From positions 64,001-128,000 of the forward strand of contig OY762069.1 in assembly GCA_963665095.1 (NCBI GenBank): a stretch of DNA of 64,000 nt, read 5' to 3'. The notes under the pieces were generated by a model that was given only the letters and a program-made list of their open reading frames with translations, did no database searches and was not told the origin of the DNA. Positions 61,508-64,000 of this stretch are shown piece after piece. The position numbers were made by a program, and so were the translations under genes. How positions within the stretch are numbered: position 1 is the stretch's first letter; each line of letters begins with the position of its first letter. This DNA comes from an uncultured Desulfobacter sp. GTDB taxonomy: Bacteria > Desulfobacterota > Desulfobacteria > Desulfobacterales > Desulfobacteraceae.

Positions 61508-62504
61508 GAATTACAGGCTGATATACGCATTGCTGGCGGTCAGCCTTCTGGCATTGATGTTTCTGTCGCTTTTCATGGGCAGATATTTGATTCCGCCCGG
61601 CACAGTGGTTTCGGTTTTGCTGGGAAAACTGTCCGGGATGACTGCGGGCAGCGGGACCGAGCTTACAGTGGTCTGGGATATCCGGCTGCCCAGGGTGCTG
61701 CTCTGTGTGATGGTGGGGGCAGGATTATCCGTTTCCGGCGCAGCATTCCAGGGCATATTCCAGAATCCCCTTGTCAGCCCCGATATCCTGGGCGTCAGCT
61801 CCGGTGCCGGGTTCGGCGCAGCTCTGGGGATATTGCTCACTTCCGGCGGCACAGGGATCACCATTGTTTCTGCTTTTGGCTTCGGGCTTTTGAGCGTCAT
61901 GATCGCCTACGCGATCTCAAAAATAAAAGAGGTGCCTTCTCCGGTTTCTCTGGTTCTTTCCGGCATGATTGTCGCCTTTTTCTTTAACGCGCTCATATCG
62001 CTGATAAAACTTCTCGCAGACACTGATTCCGAGCTTCCGGCCATTACCTACTGGCTGATGGGGAGTTTTGCCAACACCACCTTCCAGGAACTGGCCTTTG
62101 TCTCTCCCCTTATCGCCGGAGGGACCCTGGTGCTGCTTCTTCTGCGGTGGAGAATAAACATTTTGTCCATGGGAGACGAAGAGTCCCATTCCCTGGGCAT
62201 TAACCCCAAGCGTTTACGGCTTTCCATAATCACCCTGGCAACGGTTATCACCGCGGCAAGCGTCATGGTTTCCGGTATTGTCGGCTGGGTCGGCCTGATC
62301 ATTCCCAATATCTGCCGGATGTTTGTGGGTGCGGATCATAAGCATCTTCTTCCGGCTTCGTTTTTTATGGGCGGTATTTTCATCCTTCTCATCGATCTTC
62401 TGGCCAGGGGATTGACCGTTGCTGAAATTCCCATCGGCATTCTGACGGCCATCGCAGGGGTGCCGCTGTTTATCTATGTCTATAAATGTTCCGGAGGCAG
62501 ATGA
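61494..62504 (+). CDS. FecCD/BtuC-family ABC permease
   Basis: IRLPR, NPLVSPDILGVSSGA, GIVGWVGLIIP, EIPIG. Confidence 0.92.
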   Translation: MKEDRNYRLIYALLAVSLLALMFLSLFMGRYLIPPGTVVSVLLGKLSGMTAGSGTELTVVWDIRLPRVLLCVMVGAGLSVSGAAFQGIFQNPLVSPDILGVSSGAGFGAALGILLTSGGTGITIVSAFGFGLLSVMIAYAISKIKEVPSPVSLVLSGMIVAFFFNALISLIKLLADTDSELPAITYWLMGSFANTTFQELAFVSPLIAGGTLVLLLLRWRINILSMGDEESHSLGINPKRLRLSIITLATVITAASVMVSGIVGWVGLIIPNICRMFVGADHKHLLPASFFMGGIFILLIDLLARGLTVAEIPIGILTAIAGVPLFIYVYKCSGGR

Positions 62505-63292
62505 TGGAAGTTGAAGTCCGAAACGGCCATTTCAGATATTCCCCTGAAGAGGAAATTCTCACGGATATTTCTTTTGGCCTGCCGCCCGGGCAGATTCTGA
62601 CCATTCTCGGTCAGAACGGCATCGGCAAAACCACGCTGCTGAAATGCCTTCTTGGCATCCTGCCGTGGGAAAGGGGGCAAACCCTGATCGACGGGGAGAA
62701 GATGAACTACAAACGGCACATGGGGCGCATCGGTTACGTTCCCCAGGCATATAAGTTTGTTTTTCCCTACACCGTCGAAGAAACGGTGATGATGGGGCTG
62801 GCCGGAAGGATCGGGGTGTTTTCCAGCCCGTCCTTAAGGGACAGGAAACAGGTCGAGGATGTCCTGGCTGAAATGGGGGTGGCGCATCTGAAAAAAAGAC
62901 CCTGCTCCCAGTTGAGCGGGGGGCAGCTTCAGCTTGTTTTCATGGCACGGGGCCTTGTGAAAAATCCTGAACTGATGATTCTGGATGAACCTGAATCCCA
63001 TCTGGACTACAAAAATCAAATTTTCATTTTAAAGACGCTTCAAAAATTGACAAGGGAGCGCCACATCTCCTGCATCATTAATACCCATTATCCCGACCAT
63101 GCGCTGAGGATCTCCGATATGACGCTCATGCTGAGGCGGAATGCGGCAGATCAAAGAAATTATATATACGGCCGGACCCGTGACATGATCACGGAAAAAA
63201 ATATCCGGTCTTTTTTTGAAGTGGAGTCGAAAATCATCCCGGTTGAACAGCCGGGTCATAAAAAATTCAAGGCCATTGTCGTTATGGAGTAA
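62501..63292 (+). CDS. Iron-complex ABC transporter ATPase
   Basis: GQNGIGKTT, LSGGQLQ, LDEP. Confidence 0.92.
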   Translation: MMEVEVRNGHFRYSPEEEILTDISFGLPPGQILTILGQNGIGKTTLLKCLLGILPWERGQTLIDGEKMNYKRHMGRIGYVPQAYKFVFPYTVEETVMMGLAGRIGVFSSPSLRDRKQVEDVLAEMGVAHLKKRPCSQLSGGQLQLVFMARGLVKNPELMILDEPESHLDYKNQIFILKTLQKLTRERHISCIINTHYPDHALRISDMTLMLRRNAADQRNYIYGRTRDMITEKNIRSFFEVESKIIPVEQPGHKKFKAIVVME

Positions 63293-63331
63293 CAACCAAT
63301 AAAAATTCACATCGGAGGACAAACAGAAACA

Positions 63332-64000
63332 ATGACGCTATCACTGAAAACATGTTGGACAGGGCTGATCACTGCAATGGTTTTGGCGGGGACCTGCCTG
63401 GCCTTTGGGCAAGAGGGTGACCCCGATTCGTATACACTCGAATCCATCACCGTGACCGCAGACAAGCGGGCTGAAAACATACAGAAGGTACCGGCGGCGA
63501 TCACAGCGTTTACCGCAACCGAGCTTGAAGACGCCGGCGCAAAAACGATTTCAGATGTCATCGAAATGGTGCCGGGCCTGAGCCTGGACCATTGGACGTC
63601 ATCCTGGCAAAGCGTTAATTACAGGGGGATCGGCATGAGTGTCTTCACAGGGAAAAATCCTGTTGTTATCTATGTGGACGGCATTCCTCTGGACGACCGG
63701 ACAGATTACAATTCAGACCTGTTGAATGTCGAACGGGTGGAATTCCTTCGCGGCCCCCAGGGAACGCTGTACGGAAAAAATGCTATCGGCGGGGTCATCA
63801 ATATCATTTCTAAAAAACCGGACAATGCCGTTTCAGGCAAGATAAGCGGGGAAATAGGGGAGAACGCCACCTATGGTGTGAAAGGCGTTGTCAACAGCCC
63901 CCTGATCAAGGACAAGTTGTTTATGACGCTTTCGGCCGGGCATAACGAATCCGATGGCTACATGACCAATGACGATCCAGGTGAAAACACCTACGACTAT
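63332..64000 (+). CDS. TonB-dependent receptor, N-terminal part (runs off window; not in ORF track)
   Basis: MTLSLKTC..., ITVTADKR, VERVEFLRGPQGTLYGKNAIGGVINIISKKP. Confidence 0.93.
   Translation, partial: MTLSLKTCWTGLITAMVLAGTCLAFGQEGDPDSYTLESITVTADKRAENIQKVPAAITAFTATELEDAGAKTISDVIEMVPGLSLDHWTSSWQSVNYRGIGMSVFTGKNPVVIYVDGIPLDDRTDYNSDLLNVERVEFLRGPQGTLYGKNAIGGVINIISKKPDNAVSGKISGEIGENATYGVKGVVNSPLIKDKLFMTLSAGHNESDGYMTNDDPGENTYDY

Noticed and set aside
1..64000. CRISPR array, tRNA or rRNA genes
   Set aside because: No regularly spaced repeat-spacer pattern, cloverleaf or rRNA signature seen

Overview
64 kb window that looks like a sulfate-reducing Desulfobacterota (Desulfobacteraceae-like) chromosome, inferred from gene content. 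Positions 1-30.8 kb are core-like: pstA-pstS-pstB, a large oxidative-stress/redox cluster (two ferritin-like proteins, desulfoferrodoxin, rubredoxin, glutaredoxin and ferredoxin:thioredoxin reductase, flavodoxin, cytochrome bd, thioredoxin) in which seven transcription units carry sigma54 -24/-12 motifs, citrate synthase, an in-frame mtnP-apt fusion, and recC-recB with no adjacent recD. Positions 30.8-64 kb are accessory. They hold a decayed DDE transposable element and repeated AraC + TonB-dependent receptor + SAM-methyltransferase modules (one AraC behind a cobalamin riboswitch, another behind an unassigned attenuator-like leader), plus a MarR-MFS-MBL unit with three operator palindromes. 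At 46.8-53.8 kb there is an integrase-less array of attC-like sites, some only 48 bp. One cassette carries an IS91-family HUH transposase. One attC is split in its central loop by a complete group II intron whose EBS1/EBS2 match the attC L'' arm, which differs from the known IIC-attC mode. All calls come from reading the sequence by eye; no searches were run.
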